Below are positions 15,929-30,614 of a stretch of DNA of 64,000 nucleotides, piece by piece. The stretch is from NCBI GenBank assembly GCA_951406725.2, contig OX597815.1, positions 101,184,001 to 101,248,000 of the forward strand, in the 5' to 3' direction. The notes below the pieces were generated by a model, which was not told where the DNA came from, did not search any database, and saw nothing but the letters and a program-made list of their open reading frames with translations. Positions within the stretch are counted from its first letter, which is position 1. Each line of letters begins with the position of its first letter. Both the position numbers and the translations under genes were made by a program. The stretch comes from Octopus vulgaris. Taxonomy: Eukaryota.

Positions 15929-16141
15929 CATACACACACACACATATATATACACACACATACATACACATATATATACATACACAAACATATATACACA
16001 CATATATATATATATATACATATATACACACATACAAACACACACCTACATACATATACACACAAACACATACATACGTAAACATACATACATACATCCA
16101 TACATCCATACTTACATGCATTTATACGCATACACACACCC

Positions 16142-16193
<52 letters not shown>

Positions 16194-16649
16194 TCACACA
16201 TACATATACAAATATACGCCCACACATACATACATACACGTATACGCATACACGCACATACACATATACATGCGTACCCATACACGTGCACACACGCACA
16301 TGCATCCATATATATACACACACACACATATATACACGTGTGCAAGCATACATACATACTCATACACGCACACAAACTTACATATACATATATGCACACA
16401 CTTACACACATATATACATACACATATACATGCATACATACATATATGCATACATACACATACACGCACATACACATATACACATGCGTACCCATACACG
16501 TGCACGCACGCACGCGCATCCATATATATACACACACACACATATATATACACGTGTGCAAGCATACATACATACTCATACACGCGCACATACTTACATA
16601 TACATATATGCACACACTTACACACATATATACATACACACGCGCACTC

Positions 16650-16688
<39 letters not shown>

Positions 16689-16861
16689 TATACACATACA
16701 TATATATACACATATACACATACACATACATGCACACATACACACACATACACATACACATACATACATATATATATATATACACATATATACACATATA
16801 CACATACATATATACACACATACATACATATACATACACACACACATACATATATACACGG

Positions 16862-16926
<65 letters not shown>

Positions 16927-17063
16927 TGCATATACTTATATCTCTACATACTCACATATAAACATATATATATACACACACACATATATATACATGTACA
17001 CACACATACACATATACATACATATATACACATACACACATACATATATATACATACATATAC

Positions 17064-17098
<35 letters not shown>

Positions 17099-17121
17099 CA
17101 TATATACCCCCACATATATAC

Positions 17122-17156
<35 letters not shown>

Positions 17157-17273
17157 TACATATACACATATACATGTATACATACGCAATAATGATACAC
17201 ATATATACACATACACACACACAGACAGATGCATATACATACATATATATATATATATACACATTAATATATG

Positions 17274-17304
<31 letters not shown>

Positions 17305-17453
17305 GTATATGTATGTGTATATATGTATGTGTGTATGTGTATATATGTATGTATATGTGTATGTGTGTGTACATGTATATATATGTGTGTGTGTATATAT
17401 ATATATATGTTTATATGTGAGTATGTAGAGATATAAGTATATGCATGTGTATA

Positions 17454-17486
<33 letters not shown>

Positions 17487-17691
17487 GTATGGGTATGTGT
17501 ATCCGTGTATATATGTATGTGTGTGTGTATGTATATGTATGTATGTGTGTATATATGTATGTGTATATGTGTATATATGTGTATATATATATATATATGT
17601 ATGTATGTGTATGTGTATGTGTGTGTATGTGTGCATGTATGTGTATGTGTATATGTGTATATATATGTATGTGTATATATATGTATATATA

Positions 17692-17732
<41 letters not shown>

Positions 17733-18231
17733 GAGTGCGCGTGTGTGTATGTATGCATATATGTATGTATGCATGTATATGTGTATGTATATATGTGTGT
17801 AAGTGTGTGCATATATGTATATGTAAGTATGTGCGCGTGTATGAGTATGTATGTATGCTTGCACACGTGTATATATATGTGTGTGTGTATATATATGGAT
17901 GCGCGTGCGTGCGTGCACGTGTATGGGTACGCATGTGTATATGTGTATGTGCGTGTATGTGTATGTATGCATATATGTATGTATGCATGTATATGTGTAT
18001 GTATATATGTGTGTAAGTGTGTGCATATATGTATATGTAAGTTTGTGTGCGTGTGTATGAGTATGTATGTATGCTTGCACACGTGTATATATGTGTGTGT
18101 GTGTATATATATGGATGCATGTGCGTGTGTGCACGTGTATGGGTACGCATGTATATGTGTATGTGCGTGTATGCGTATACGTGTATGTATGTATGTGTGG
18201 GCGTATATTTGTATATGTATGTGTGAGTGTG

Positions 18232-18271
<40 letters not shown>

Positions 18272-18617
18272 GATGGGGGTGTGTGTATGCTTATAAATGC
18301 ATGTAAGTATGGATGTATGGATGTATGTATGTATGTTTACGTATGTATGTGTTTGTGTGTATATGTATGTAGGTGTGTGTTTGTATGTGTGTATATATGT
18401 ATATATATATATATATGTGTGTATATATGTTTGTGTATGTATATATATGTGTATGTATGTGTGTGTATATATATGTGTGTGTGTGTATGTATGTATATAT
18501 ATATATGTATATATATATATATGTATGTATATATATATATATATGTGTGTGTATATATATATATATATATAGGTATGTATCTGTATGTAGGAGTATATAT
18601 ATGTGTGTGTGTGTGTA

Positions 18618-18664
<47 letters not shown>

Positions 18665-19000
18665 TTATTGGTGTATATATATAGACTAGCCTCCTAAAGT
18701 GTAGACATGAATCTGTAGGTACGAGTACGTATGTGTATATACGTGAACGTATGTAGATGTTTGTATGTATGAATATAACGGGTGCGTACGTGTATGTGTA
18801 TGAGTGTACGAATGGGTGTATGTACGTGCTATTGAGTGTGCGTGCGGGAACGAGTACTTGCCTTCTAGTAGACAGTCAATTGGACATGCTGCCATCGCCA
18901 GGATCCTGCTCTAGCGATCAAAGATAACAAAAGTAATAAATGAAGATAATAAAATTAAAATTAGGGAATGGGCCTGTATTGGATTGTGTATATATGTATG

Positions 19001-19049
<49 letters not shown>

Positions 19050-19364
19050 ATGTATATATATATATATATGTATGTATGTGTGTATGTGTAGGTATGTATA
19101 GGCACACATGTGTACGTATGTGTGTGTGTATGTATATGTGTATATGTATGTATGTGCACACATTTTATTTTTTTATTTTTTTATTTTTTATTTTTTTATT
19201 TTTTTATTTTTTTATTTTTTTATTTATCTATTCTTTCATCTAACTTACCACTGACTCCTTGACCACTCCCCCAAGTATGATATTTTGCGCTATGCCTACC
19301 CCCAAAAAAGTCCCCCACCACCACTCCTTTAAATGTATAAATGCTAATACAATTCTTGTTAAAT

Positions 19365-19415
19365 AACTTCCTGAAGATTTCTCTTGAATGAAACAGTACT
19401 AGTCCTGTAGAAGCT
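19365..19415 (+). ncRNA. Type I hammerhead ribozyme, right tip of the 4.4-kb palindrome
   Basis: Mirror copy of 14999-15049 with one stem I change (AACTTC). Confidence 0.8.
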
Positions 19416-19431
19416 CCTTCTATATAATAAA

Positions 19432-19462
<31 letters not shown>

Positions 19463-19499
19463 TATATACATATATATATACATATATGCACACACACAT

Positions 19500-19613
<114 letters not shown>

Positions 19614-19822
19614 ATGTATGTATATATATATGTATGTATATATTCTTTTATTCTTTTACTTGTTTCAGTCATTTGACTGTGGGCATGTTGGAGCAACATC
19701 TTTTAGTCGAACAAATCGACCCCAGGACTTATTCTTTGTAAGCCTAGTACTTATTCTATCGGTCTCTTTTTGCCATATATATATATACATGTGTGCGTGT
19801 CTGTGTATACACTAACAACGCA

Positions 19823-19922
<100 letters not shown>

Positions 19923-20105
19923 GAGATCCCGATAAATGGCGTCACTGAACAGATATGGTGTTTTTCCACCTTTTTATAACAAGAGAAAATGTTATCTACG
20001 GTAATTGCAGTGAATTTGCCTTTTAGCAGTTGAAATATGTCACAAACATATTTTAACTAACCCAAACTTTGTTTATGCCTAGACACTGCTTGGTGCTAAT
20101 ATTTC

Positions 20106-20199
<94 letters not shown>

Positions 20200-20243
20200 A
20201 TGACTGAGCGCCCTCGCGTCGTTTCGTTTCTTTTCTCCAAGTA

Positions 20244-20287
<44 letters not shown>

Positions 20288-20471
20288 CTGACCCTTACTA
20301 TTTCCTCTGCTACTCTTTAAATTACAGTAGGCTTGACGTAATATGCATTGTTTTCTAAATTCATTCTGCCACAGATATAGCAATAGAATTAATGTAAATA
20401 TTTTGAGTTCCATTATTAATGTGAATATGGTTTAAAAAATGGTTGTATCCTAATGTTTGAAGACTATGCGG

Positions 20472-20555
20472 TCATCTGACGAGAACGGTTTCTTTCAATT
20501 TAATGTTATGTTTTCATTAATCAATTAAAGGAGCCGCTTGAAACGGACGTAATGA
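20472..20555 (+). ncRNA. Type I hammerhead ribozyme
   Basis: TCAT-CTGACGA-GAA CGGTTTCTTT...AAAGGAGCCG CTT-GAA-AC GGAC GT-A-ATGA: long stem II, near-palindromic stem III. Confidence 0.75.
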
Positions 20556-21455
20556 ATTGACACCTGTACATCTTTGTTACTCATTTATATTCTGTTCACC
20601 TAACTTGGGATCTTCACTCCGGAAATACTATAGAAGTACCTTTATAAAAGTAGATGTCTGAATTACCAAGAGCGGATATCTTCACTTAGCTGGGTTGTGT
20701 TGTCTTCATACACGGCAGGAATATCAGGTACAAACACCCCTGCACGGAGTCTTGATATATTGTTTGTGTGTGCGAATTATGCCGACCTAGCAAGGTGTCT
20801 GAATCTAAGTATCTAATTCAGCTGAATCTTAATTATATTATGCTCTTCTAACATGAGCAATTTAACAAGCTTGTATGTGTTGTTCGATCTGTTAGAAATA
20901 GAAGCCAAATCTTTCTGAAGTCATACAGTACTGCTTTAAAAGGGAAGGACACATTAGAAAATGTGGACCAGGATATACAAAAAAAAAAAAAAAAGACTGG
21001 GAATGTTTCGATAAAAGATCTGCTTTATATCAGAGTTGACTTGGAGCTAATAAACAACAACAACAACAACAACAGTAGCAGCAGTATCATCATCATCATC
21101 AGCAGCAATCTCACAGTATGAAGGATCAGTTATATAAGTGAGTGTGAGTGTGTGTATGTGAATTTGTGGGTGCACGTGCGCGTGCATATGTGTGTATGTG
21201 TATATATACACATACATATTGTGAGTGTGCGATTATTAGAGTACGTATGTATTTGTGCGCGCGTGTATGTGTGTGTATGTGTGTGTGTGTATGAACGCGC
21301 GCGAAATTTTCATTAATATCAACTTAGTTACTCATATAAAGTCACATCAACTTTTTCGTACTTTTTAATATATAGTATTCTATAAACATTTCGACGCACT
21401 TTTGGGCCCTGGTCACTGACATAAGAAAAGAAAGAAAGAAAGAAAGAAAGAAGGA

Positions 21456-21491
<36 letters not shown>

Positions 21492-22844
21492 AAAGAAGAA
21501 AGTGCCACTGTGCGTGGCACTAAGTCTGTCACTAATCCCATGCAGCGAAATTACCATTGATCAGATCGCAGATATTTCACAGTATAAGATGCGTAACTGT
21601 ATTTTGATCAGTAACTTTGATCAGTAACATGATTTGAGCTCGTGTTTTAATACCGAAACAGTTATATTGTAGAAGAGTCAACATACAACTATACTGGTTT
21701 TAAGCTTTGGCACAAGGCCAGCAATTTCGAGGAGAGGCTAAGTCGATTAAATCGACCCCAGTCCTCAACTGGTACTTATTTTATTGTCTCTGAAAGGATG
21801 ACAGGAAAAGTCAACCCCGGCAGCATTTGAACTTAGAACGTAAAAATCAGAAGAAATGCCGCTAAGCAGTTTTCTCGGCGCAGTAGCGATTCTGCCAGCT
21901 CGCCGCCTTATACAATTTCTATGTTGATATTGTTCTAGCTTAACTGTTCAACTGATTGCATTTTTGTTCAGTAATACGGTCCATAAGATTATAGCGCTTA
22001 TGGTTATCGTCGGGATAATCTTCAACTAATTCGATTATAAATATTTTTACTTGTATACATCATTTTCCCCTCTCTTTTCTTTAATTCCTTCACTTAAAAA
22101 TCTCCCACTAACTTACAAATACATTCAGTTTGTGACAATTTCCACTCTTTAAACAACCAGGCAATAATACCTATTTCTTGACACAAAAAAAGTAAAGACC
22201 CCCTTCGGTCATGAGTGACCATGGGTTTGCACCTAGAGAGTTACCCTCTGAGCCACAAGTCTGGGCAAGGTTGTTTTTTATGGAAGACCAGTAGTCGCCC
22301 ATGCATACCGGCCTCCCCTCTCCACGCCACCAGTGTTATCCAAGGGAAAGACAAAGGTCGATACAGCTTGGCACCTGTGACGTCGCAACTCATTTCTACA
22401 GCTGAGTGAACTGGAGCGACGTGAAATAAAGTGTCTTGCTCAAGAACACAACACGCAGCCTGGTCCGGGATTCGAGCTCACAACCTCACGATCGTAAGCT
22501 CGACGCTCTAACCACTGAGCCATGCGCCTCCACTTCTTGACACAAATAGACAAAAAATGTTGTACAAATGCGTTAGCAGTAATTGGCAGTTCAGTTCAAT
22601 ATTATCCCTTTACTCATAGGTGGCATTTTAAACAGAGACCATTCAGTTGGAAGCATTCGAATTTGGTCTCTAATCTGCGGAAAACTTTTTCTTTTCCTGC
22701 TTTATTCTTCCCGCTCGCCTGGTCATGAGGGCCGCCCCTTTATTCCTCTGATCAAACCATAAAAATATCATTTCACGGCAATCATACGCTCTCTTCTTAC
22801 ATTCTCTCTCTTTTATTATCTTACCAAATAGCTACTCTCAATGT

Positions 22845-22882
22845 TTCTTTCTTTCTTTCTTCCTTTCTTCCTTCCTTTCTTC

Positions 22883-22945
<63 letters not shown>

Positions 22946-22951
22946 ACTTTT

Positions 22952-23049
<98 letters not shown>

Positions 23050-23063
23050 TTCCTTTCTTTTCC

Positions 23064-23114
<51 letters not shown>

Positions 23115-23146
23115 TTTCCTTCCTTCCTTCTTTCCTTCCTTCCTTC

Positions 23147-23215
<69 letters not shown>

Positions 23216-23224
23216 TTCCTTCCT

Positions 23225-23319
<95 letters not shown>

Positions 23320-23320
23320 C
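22845..23320. repeat. (TTTC)n microsatellite, ~475 bp
   Basis: Directly visible; it causes the spurious KERK/FLSF ORFs. Confidence 0.98.
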
Positions 23321-23731
23321 CCCCGCTTCACTCCACCACCTAGACACAGAAATATTAAGATATTTATGCCACAAAATACGGTTAATTACATACCTGTTTC
23401 AAAGGATGTTAATTCCCCATGAAGGGGTTTTTAATGCTAATCGTGCAAGTTTTGTCAAAGGTTAGATGACGTTTAATATGTGCACTAAAAACTGTTTGTA
23501 TTTGTAGGTGCGTGCGCGCGTGCGTGTGTCAGCATGCACACAGCCACATGTACATGTATGTATAAATTTAATAAATATACGTATAGCTATTTACAATTAT
23601 AACAAATATATAACTAATATGCATACAAACACAGACACACGTATCTCTCTAGGCTTTCACACACACACATATACATATACATATATATTAAAAAATCTTA
23701 GGGTAGCAGAAATATTTATTTTCTCTGAATA

Positions 23732-23847
<116 letters not shown>

Positions 23848-24060
23848 ACTCTTTTACTCTTTTACTTGTTTCAGTCATTTGACTGCGGCCATGCTGGAAC
23901 ACCGCCTTTAGTCGTGCAAATCGACGCCAGGACTTATTCTTTGGAAGCCTAGTACTCATTCTATCGGTCTCTTTTGCCGAACCGCTAAGTTACGGGGACG
24001 TAAACACACCACCATTGGTTGTCAAGCGATATTGGAGGGGGGGGCAAACACAGACATATT

Positions 24061-24114
<54 letters not shown>

Positions 24115-24171
24115 CACATATATACGACAGGCTTCTTTCAGTTTCCGTCTGCCAAATCCACTCACTGTGTG

Positions 24172-24224
<53 letters not shown>

Positions 24225-24226
<2 letters not shown>

Positions 24227-27200
24227 AATCCAAACGGGAAACAAAAAAACAACAACAATGGAACAATTACAGTATTATTATTAATAGGCGCTCAGGAAAT
24301 GGAAGCAGGGAGGTATGACGTTTCGAGCGGAGCTCTTCGTCGGAAACATAAAGAAGGAAGAGAGAGGAAAGAAAGATCCCGGAACGGGCAACGGAGATAG
24401 AAAAAACGACTGGTGTTAGGAGTAGCACATGGTGAAAGGCGGATGTTTACGATAACAAGAGCAAAGTGGGTTTTTAAAGGCAAAAGAGTGGAGACAAGGT
24501 TGGTAACGCAACAGATGTGTGTGTATGTGTGAGTGTGTGCGTGTGCGTGTGTGTATGTGTGTGTGTGAGGCGAGGTAAAAAAACAAAAAATATATGTATG
24601 TGTTAGTGTGTGCGTCTGTGTGTAGGCGTGTGAGGTAGGGCGAGACGGTGGTCAGCATAGCAGCAGCATAGCAGACAAAGGTCAGTAGTAAGAAAAGGGA
24701 GGAAGGAGGAAGGGAGGGAGGGGAAGGGGTGGGGGCGTATGTAGCGTGCCAACGTGTGTTGAGTAGTAGTGTGTGTGTGTGTCCAGTGTCGTGGTAGTAT
24801 TAGTGGCGAGTAGATTGAATGTGTGTAAGAGTAATGTATATGTTTAAGCAATGTGTGTATATGTGTGCGCGTGTGTGTAACGAAAAAAAAGGGGGGGGGT
24901 TAGGAAAAGGACTCCAGCGGAGGGGAAGATGGAAGAGTGGTCCCGCGGAGACGGGCGTGGGAAAACCCAACGACAAGCGACATCCCAGGAACGGACGGGA
25001 GGTCTCGTCGGGTCCAAGGGCGAGGTGCATGCGGCGCGCATGCGTGCGCGAACCGGCGCAAGCGCGTGTGTGCGCGCGCCTGCGAGTGTGCGCGTACGTA
25101 TGTGTGTGTGTGGATGTGTGAGTGTGTCTGTGTGTATGTCTGGGTGGCAGTGTGTCCGATGAATGTATGTGAGTATGTGTGTATATATGTGTGTGCATAG
25201 ATGTATGTCCGTGTGTGTGTGTGTGTGTATGTGTATGAGTGTGTATGTATGTACGTGTGGGTGTGGGGAAGTGTGTGTATGTGCATGTGTGTGCGCGAAC
25301 ATACAGGTGTGTGAGTGAGTGCGTGTGTGTGTATGTATGTGTGAGTGTGTATGTATGTGTGTGTAGGATGCATGTATGTGTATGGGTGTATGTATGCGTG
25401 TGTGTATGTATGTATGTGTACGTGCGTGTGTGTGTAGGTGTGCGCGTGTGCATGCGTGCATGTATGTGCGTATGTGTGTGTGTGCATGTGTGTGGGTATA
25501 TATGTGTGTGCGTATATGTGTGTGTATGTGCGTACATGTGTGTGTGTATGCATGTGTGTGTGTAGGTGTGTAGGCGTGTGTGTATAGGTGTATGTATGTA
25601 AGTATGTATGGGTGTGTCCGTGTATGTGTGTATGTATGTGTGTGTATGTAGCTGTGTGGGCGTGTGTATATGTGTGTGTATGTAGGTGTGTGGGCGTGTG
25701 TATATAGGTGTATGTATGTATGTCTGGGTGTGTCCGTGCATGTTTGTGTGTGTGTGTATGCATGTGTATGTAGGTGTGTGTGTACGTGTGTAATGTATGT
25801 GTGTATGCGTGTGTATGCGTGCGTGTGTGTATGTAGGTGCGTGTGTATGTGTGTGGGAGTGTAGGTGTGTGTGTGCGTGTGCGTGTTTATGTTGGTGTGT
25901 GCGTATGTGAGTGTGAGTGTATGGGTGTTTGTCATGCATGTGTGTGCGCGTGCAGGTGAGTGTGTGTGTAAGTATGTGTGTGTGTATGTTTGTGTGAGTG
26001 TGTATGTGTGTATGTCTGTGTGTATGTATGTGCGTATAGGAGTATGTAGGTATGTGTGTGTGTATGTATATGGGTGTATGTATGTATGTGTGTGTGTGTG
26101 CATGTGTATAAGTATATGCGTGTGTGCGTATGTGTGTGTATGTGTATGTGTGTGTGTTTATGTATGTGTGTATGTATGTGTGTAGGCGTGAGTGTGTAGA
26201 TGTATGTATGTATGGGTGTGTGTCAGTGTGTGTTTGTGTGTGTGTGTAGGTAGATGTGTGTGTCTGAGTGAGGGTATGGCTGTGTAGGTGTGTGTGTGTA
26301 TGAATGTAAGTGTGTGTGTATACAAGTGTAATGTATGTATGTAGGTGTGTGTGTGTGTGTATGTGTACGTGTGCGTGTGTATGTGTGTGTGTGTATGCGT
26401 GTGAGTGTGGGTGTATGGGTGTATGTCTGTGTGTGTGTATGTCTGAAGTGGGTATGTGTGTGTATGTATGTATGTGTGTGTGTGTGCGGGTATGTGTGTG
26501 TGTGTATGTGTGTGTGTGAGTAGGTGTGCGTGTATGTATGTGGGTAGGGATGCATGCGAGTGTGTGGGTATGTATGCAAACATACGCATGCGCACATCCG
26601 AAGCAAGCCCACACACACGAAGCGCGCTCACGCACACAGCGCACAAGCAGTGCAACGCAAGCCCAAAGGGGCCGACCGAGCCCCCAGCGCGCGCCAAGGC
26701 GCGCGAGCGCAAAGGCCCTCGAACGCCCCGCTACGCGGGAACCGAGGATCCATCAGCCAAAACCGGAAAGCAGAAAAGAGGGGGGGGCTGCCTGGATGCA
26801 AAAAGGTGTATGTGTGTGTGCATTCAGTGTACGGGTGTGCATGTGTGGGTATGTATGTATGTATGTGCCTACATGTATGTGTGCATGTGTGTGTGTGTGA
26901 AGTATGTACGTGCGGTGTGTGTGTGTGTGAGTGTGTGTGTATGTATGTGCATATGTATGTGTGTGTCTATGTGTGTATGTATGTCTGTGTGTGTGTGTGT
27001 GTGTGTAAGTATGTATGCGTGTGTGTATGTATGTATGTGTGTGTATGTGCATGTGTGTCTGTAAGTGTGTGTGATTAAATGTGTGAATGTATGTACGTAG
27101 ATGGGTCTACGTATGTGTGTGTGTGAACAGGCGTGTGGGAGGTAGGTGGTGTGGGTGTGTGTGGGTGGTGTGTCCGAAAAAAAAAAAAAAAAAAAAACGG

Positions 27201-28020
27201 TCTCAAGAGGAGGGGGCTGTGTTAAGTCCGTGTGGGGTGGTAGTTTGTAGGGTGAAGATGTAGCGTTGCTCCAAGTGGAGCCTGAAAGTGGGCGACCATT
27301 GTGGGGGGCGAGACCAAACACTGAGATGTCATCTCGGGAATGGCCGGCCGAGCGGAAGTGGCGTGCGACGGGAGAAAAAGAGTGTAGGCGAACGTCCCTC
27401 AAGTGTTCAGTGAAACGGTCGGACAACCGGCGTCCCGTCTGACCTACATACAGCATCCCGCATAGGTTGCATTTAATGCAGTAAATAAGGCCAGACGAGG
27501 TGCACGTAAAAGAGTGCCTAATGCGTACAGTATGCAGGTTGGAGCCGGTGACAGCGGTGGTGTTGGTGATGAAGGGGCAAGTGTTGCAGCGGGATCTAGA
27601 GCAAGGGAATGATCCGTGTGGGGCTGAGGGGGAAGGAGAGAGGGTGCTGTGGACCAGGAGGTCACGCAGATTGCGGGCTCGTTTGAAAGAGGACAGGGGT
27701 GGGTTAGGGAAAATGGGGCGGGTGGTGGGATCAAGCTGGAGGCGACGGAAGGCACGTAGTATCTTGCGACGAAGAGGTAGGGTAGAGGGGTGGAAAAGGA
27801 GGGGGAAGGGGGTGCGGTTGGGGGGTGGGCGGGGGGAAGGAGACAAGGCGGTAGTGCGGTCGATGCGACGGGCGCGGGTGAGGGCATCAGAGAGGAGTGT
27901 GGGTGGGTAACCTCGGAGTCTGAACATGCGGGCCAGGTATTGAGATTGGGTCTCGAAATCCTGGTCGCGGCTGCACAAACGTCGGAGGCGGAGGAACTGG
28001 GAGTAGGGGATGGCTCGTTT
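24225..28020 (-). mobile_element. 5'-truncated Penelope-like retroelement (Neptune-like): RT thumb, Cys linker, GIY-YIG, long CA-rich 3' region, hammerhead
   Basis: ORF 27978 to ~27200 has FRLRGYP, RNLRDLLVHS, CxxxRCxTC and LIYCIKCNLCGMLYVGQTGRRLSDRFTEH. HHR at 24313-24347. (TA)n at both ends. Confidence 0.88.
24313..24347 (-). ncRNA. Minimal hammerhead motif at the 3' end of the minus-strand PLE
   Basis: Minus strand reads GTTT-CCGACGA-A GAGC TCC GCTC-GAAAC GTC-ATAC. Confidence 0.65.
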
Positions 28021-28022
28021 GA

Positions 28023-28059
<37 letters not shown>

Positions 28060-29683
28060 GTATATATAGTGAAAGCACCGAGTTTAGTGGTTAGGGCATT
28101 CAGGTACCGATCGTAATGTGAATTCGATTCCCGGCAGCGCGTTGTGTCCTTGAGAAAATCAATTTATTTTACGTTGCTCCAGTATATTAAGCTGGCAAAA
28201 ATGAGTAGTACATGCAATTTCAATGGGACACATTTGTTTGCCTTTAGTTTTCCTTGAAGCAAAGCAAAGAACTTCCTGCAAAGAACTCAGCATAAATTTC
28301 TTTCAGAATTCGTGTGTTCAATCAAAATACATACATATTCAGGCATTCAGAAACAGATTGGGCTGTGTGAGGAATATGTATCCAGGCTACAACACAAAAC
28401 CCAGTATGAGTAATCACTGACTGATAAAGTATGCAGTATGGTCATAATATCAGCAGAAGCATGATGACGTCTGGTTGTTCAGTCGACTACATGTGTGTCA
28501 ATCAAGGCTAACTCGAGGACCATACCAACAACGACATAGAAACACACACATACTTACTCATACACGCATGCACGTATATACATTTGTTTTGTTTTATTGG
28601 TTTTTGATAGGTTGATGAGTTTGGAGAAATTCGATAGTTGAACTAAACCAGTCAACAAATAGAGTTCGATGCTAGGCTATCTGTTGGGTTTGATATAAAT
28701 GACTAAGACTTTTGAAGGCGGTGTACCAGATGTTTGTAGTTCTATTACTAAAATCAGTTACAGAATAAGATAATATCCTTCGTGCTTAGTTTTATTATTT
28801 TACACAGATTTAGTTTTTCGTGTGCCGAAAATATAATTGAAACATGACTAGCAGACGAAACTGTTTCCATCTTAGACATGATAGATATAAAAATGTATTA
28901 ATTCTCACAAAATTAAACATCAGGGATCCCACAGATGATAAAATTCGATTGTTTCTATTCTCATTTGGCAATCTGACCAAAGCAAATGAAAATATAAGAC
29001 TAAAAGAAAATGTCATCTGCAATTTTAATGTCCGACATATTAACCTTTACGCTCATATTTGTGATGTCGCTCTTTTGGGTATATTAAACGAAATGATTCA
29101 GTGAATGTCTTAGTTATATTTTCAGTCAATAAAAAAAATCTATACACATTGCAAAATATTCTCGTGGAAGATTGGACGTTTTCACTTGGTTTATATAAAG
29201 GTTTTACGTTATTCCTTTCCAACTACGATGTATTCATGTTAAAGAACTTCGTTTCAGGAATTATTTATTAGTTATTCGCTTAATACAAGTCAGAATTTCG
29301 ATATAGACCCATTTCACTTTCAGCTCACATATATATTAACACAATTTTATCATGGTGTCTTTCTTTTTATTCTTTAGGGGTTTCCTACAAATATAACCAC
29401 CGATTTTTATTAAAGTAGAACACGGATATGCCTACAATATATGGTAGATTTGTTCACATATTAGATTTACAATATTTTTACCCCAGCCAATATGTGGAAA
29501 CGACTTAAAGAGGAATATTTTATATGGTTATTGTACCTGCTAGAAATAGCAACCAATTCTTACCTGTTTCTTTAGAAAAATAGGACATAATGTTGTCATA
29601 GTTATGCTAATAAATTATTATAACTGTTTTGATCATGGCTAAATAACCTAACAGTTATCTTTTTCTCTTAATTTGCAGGGAAA

Positions 29684-29814
29684 ATGAAGCGGATCCGTTG
29701 GCAAGAAGCATCAATAAAAGCCGTCTTCTATATCTCAGTTCTGTTTAATTTATTGATTGACTGCAGAGTTAAAGCTAATATTCAGGAAGAAGTCATAGAA
29801 ATAATACAAGGAAG
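29684..29814 (+). CDS. Ilp7: Insulin/relaxin-like peptide (dilp7 ortholog), coding exon 1: signal peptide and N-terminal extension
   Basis: Polypyrimidine tract and ttgcAG acceptor at 29677-78; ATG at 29684 in an AAAATG context. Encodes MKRIRWQEASIKAVFYISVLFNLLIDCRVKA-NIQEEVIEIIQG(R). The phase-2 donor AAG|GTAATA at 29815 joins exon 2 in frame. Confidence 0.88.
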
Positions 29815-30069
29815 GTAATATACTGTACACTTTTACAACTGATATAGAGATAGACAATATCAATATGAAAGGGACCATATTTTCTTCTTACCAAATATAT
29901 ATTCAAAATATTCGACCTCAGTATATATGATGTGTGTGCACAGAAGGATTACTCATTTTTTTAGTTGAGAACATTTTTATTAAAATCTATAAGAAAGGTG
30001 ATAGTGTTTTGAGTTTTCAACCAACAAGTCTTCTTGAGACAGTTTGAAATTTAATGCCTCTATCCATCC

Positions 30070-30185
<116 letters not shown>

Positions 30186-30235
30186 CTCCATCTATCTATC
30201 TATCTATCTATCTACATCGAATACCTTTATACCTG

Positions 30236-30288
<53 letters not shown>

Positions 30289-30462
30289 TTATAATTAAAA
30301 TTTAGCATCCAAGCCTTATTTTGGATATGTCCCTAGTAGTGGGTCGGCAGTGTACGTTCACCACTTACGGCTACCAGACGTCATCATGATCGTAGGAATT
30401 CCTCTGTGAATGTTGAGTATATTCTAAATGATTAATACGGAGGACAGAGTGTACTGGAAACT

Positions 30463-30574
30463 TTATTACAACGATCGTTTCGACATACTTCTGCACTGCT
30501 ACCTAGTGGGTGTGCTATGATATAATGAAATCGAATGCACCCCACAATGCAGAAGAAACCTCATCAGATGACAA
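30463..30574 (-). ncRNA. Type I hammerhead ribozyme with extended stem II, intronic and antisense to the insulin-like gene
   Basis: Minus strand reads TTGTCAT-CTGATGA-G..CTTCTGCATTG...CAGTGCAGAAG..C-GAA-AC GATC GT-T-GTAATAA: palindromic ACGATCGT, imperfect stem I. Confidence 0.7.
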
Positions 30575-30614
30575 GCTTGTAAGTTATAAAGTTTACATTT
30601 CGTTCATAGATGTA

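Larger units (their letters stand above)
14985..19430. repeat. ~4.4-kb inverted duplication (palindrome) of an HHR-tipped low-complexity element
   Basis: Unique anchors 14985-15200 and 15415-15720 are mirrored at 19220-19430 and 18685-18990. The CA-rich left arm mirrors the TG-rich right arm, with the centre near 17200-17280. Confidence 0.9.

Noticed and set aside
15513-18697. Long ORFs of 270-480 aa rich in H/T/Y/I or C/V/M
   Set aside because: They are translations of stop-poor CA/TA low-complexity tracts, open in several frames and on both strands.
24800-26644. 614-aa His/Thr-rich ORF
   Set aside because: Low-complexity dinucleotide-derived sequence within a PLE 3' region, with no domain signal.
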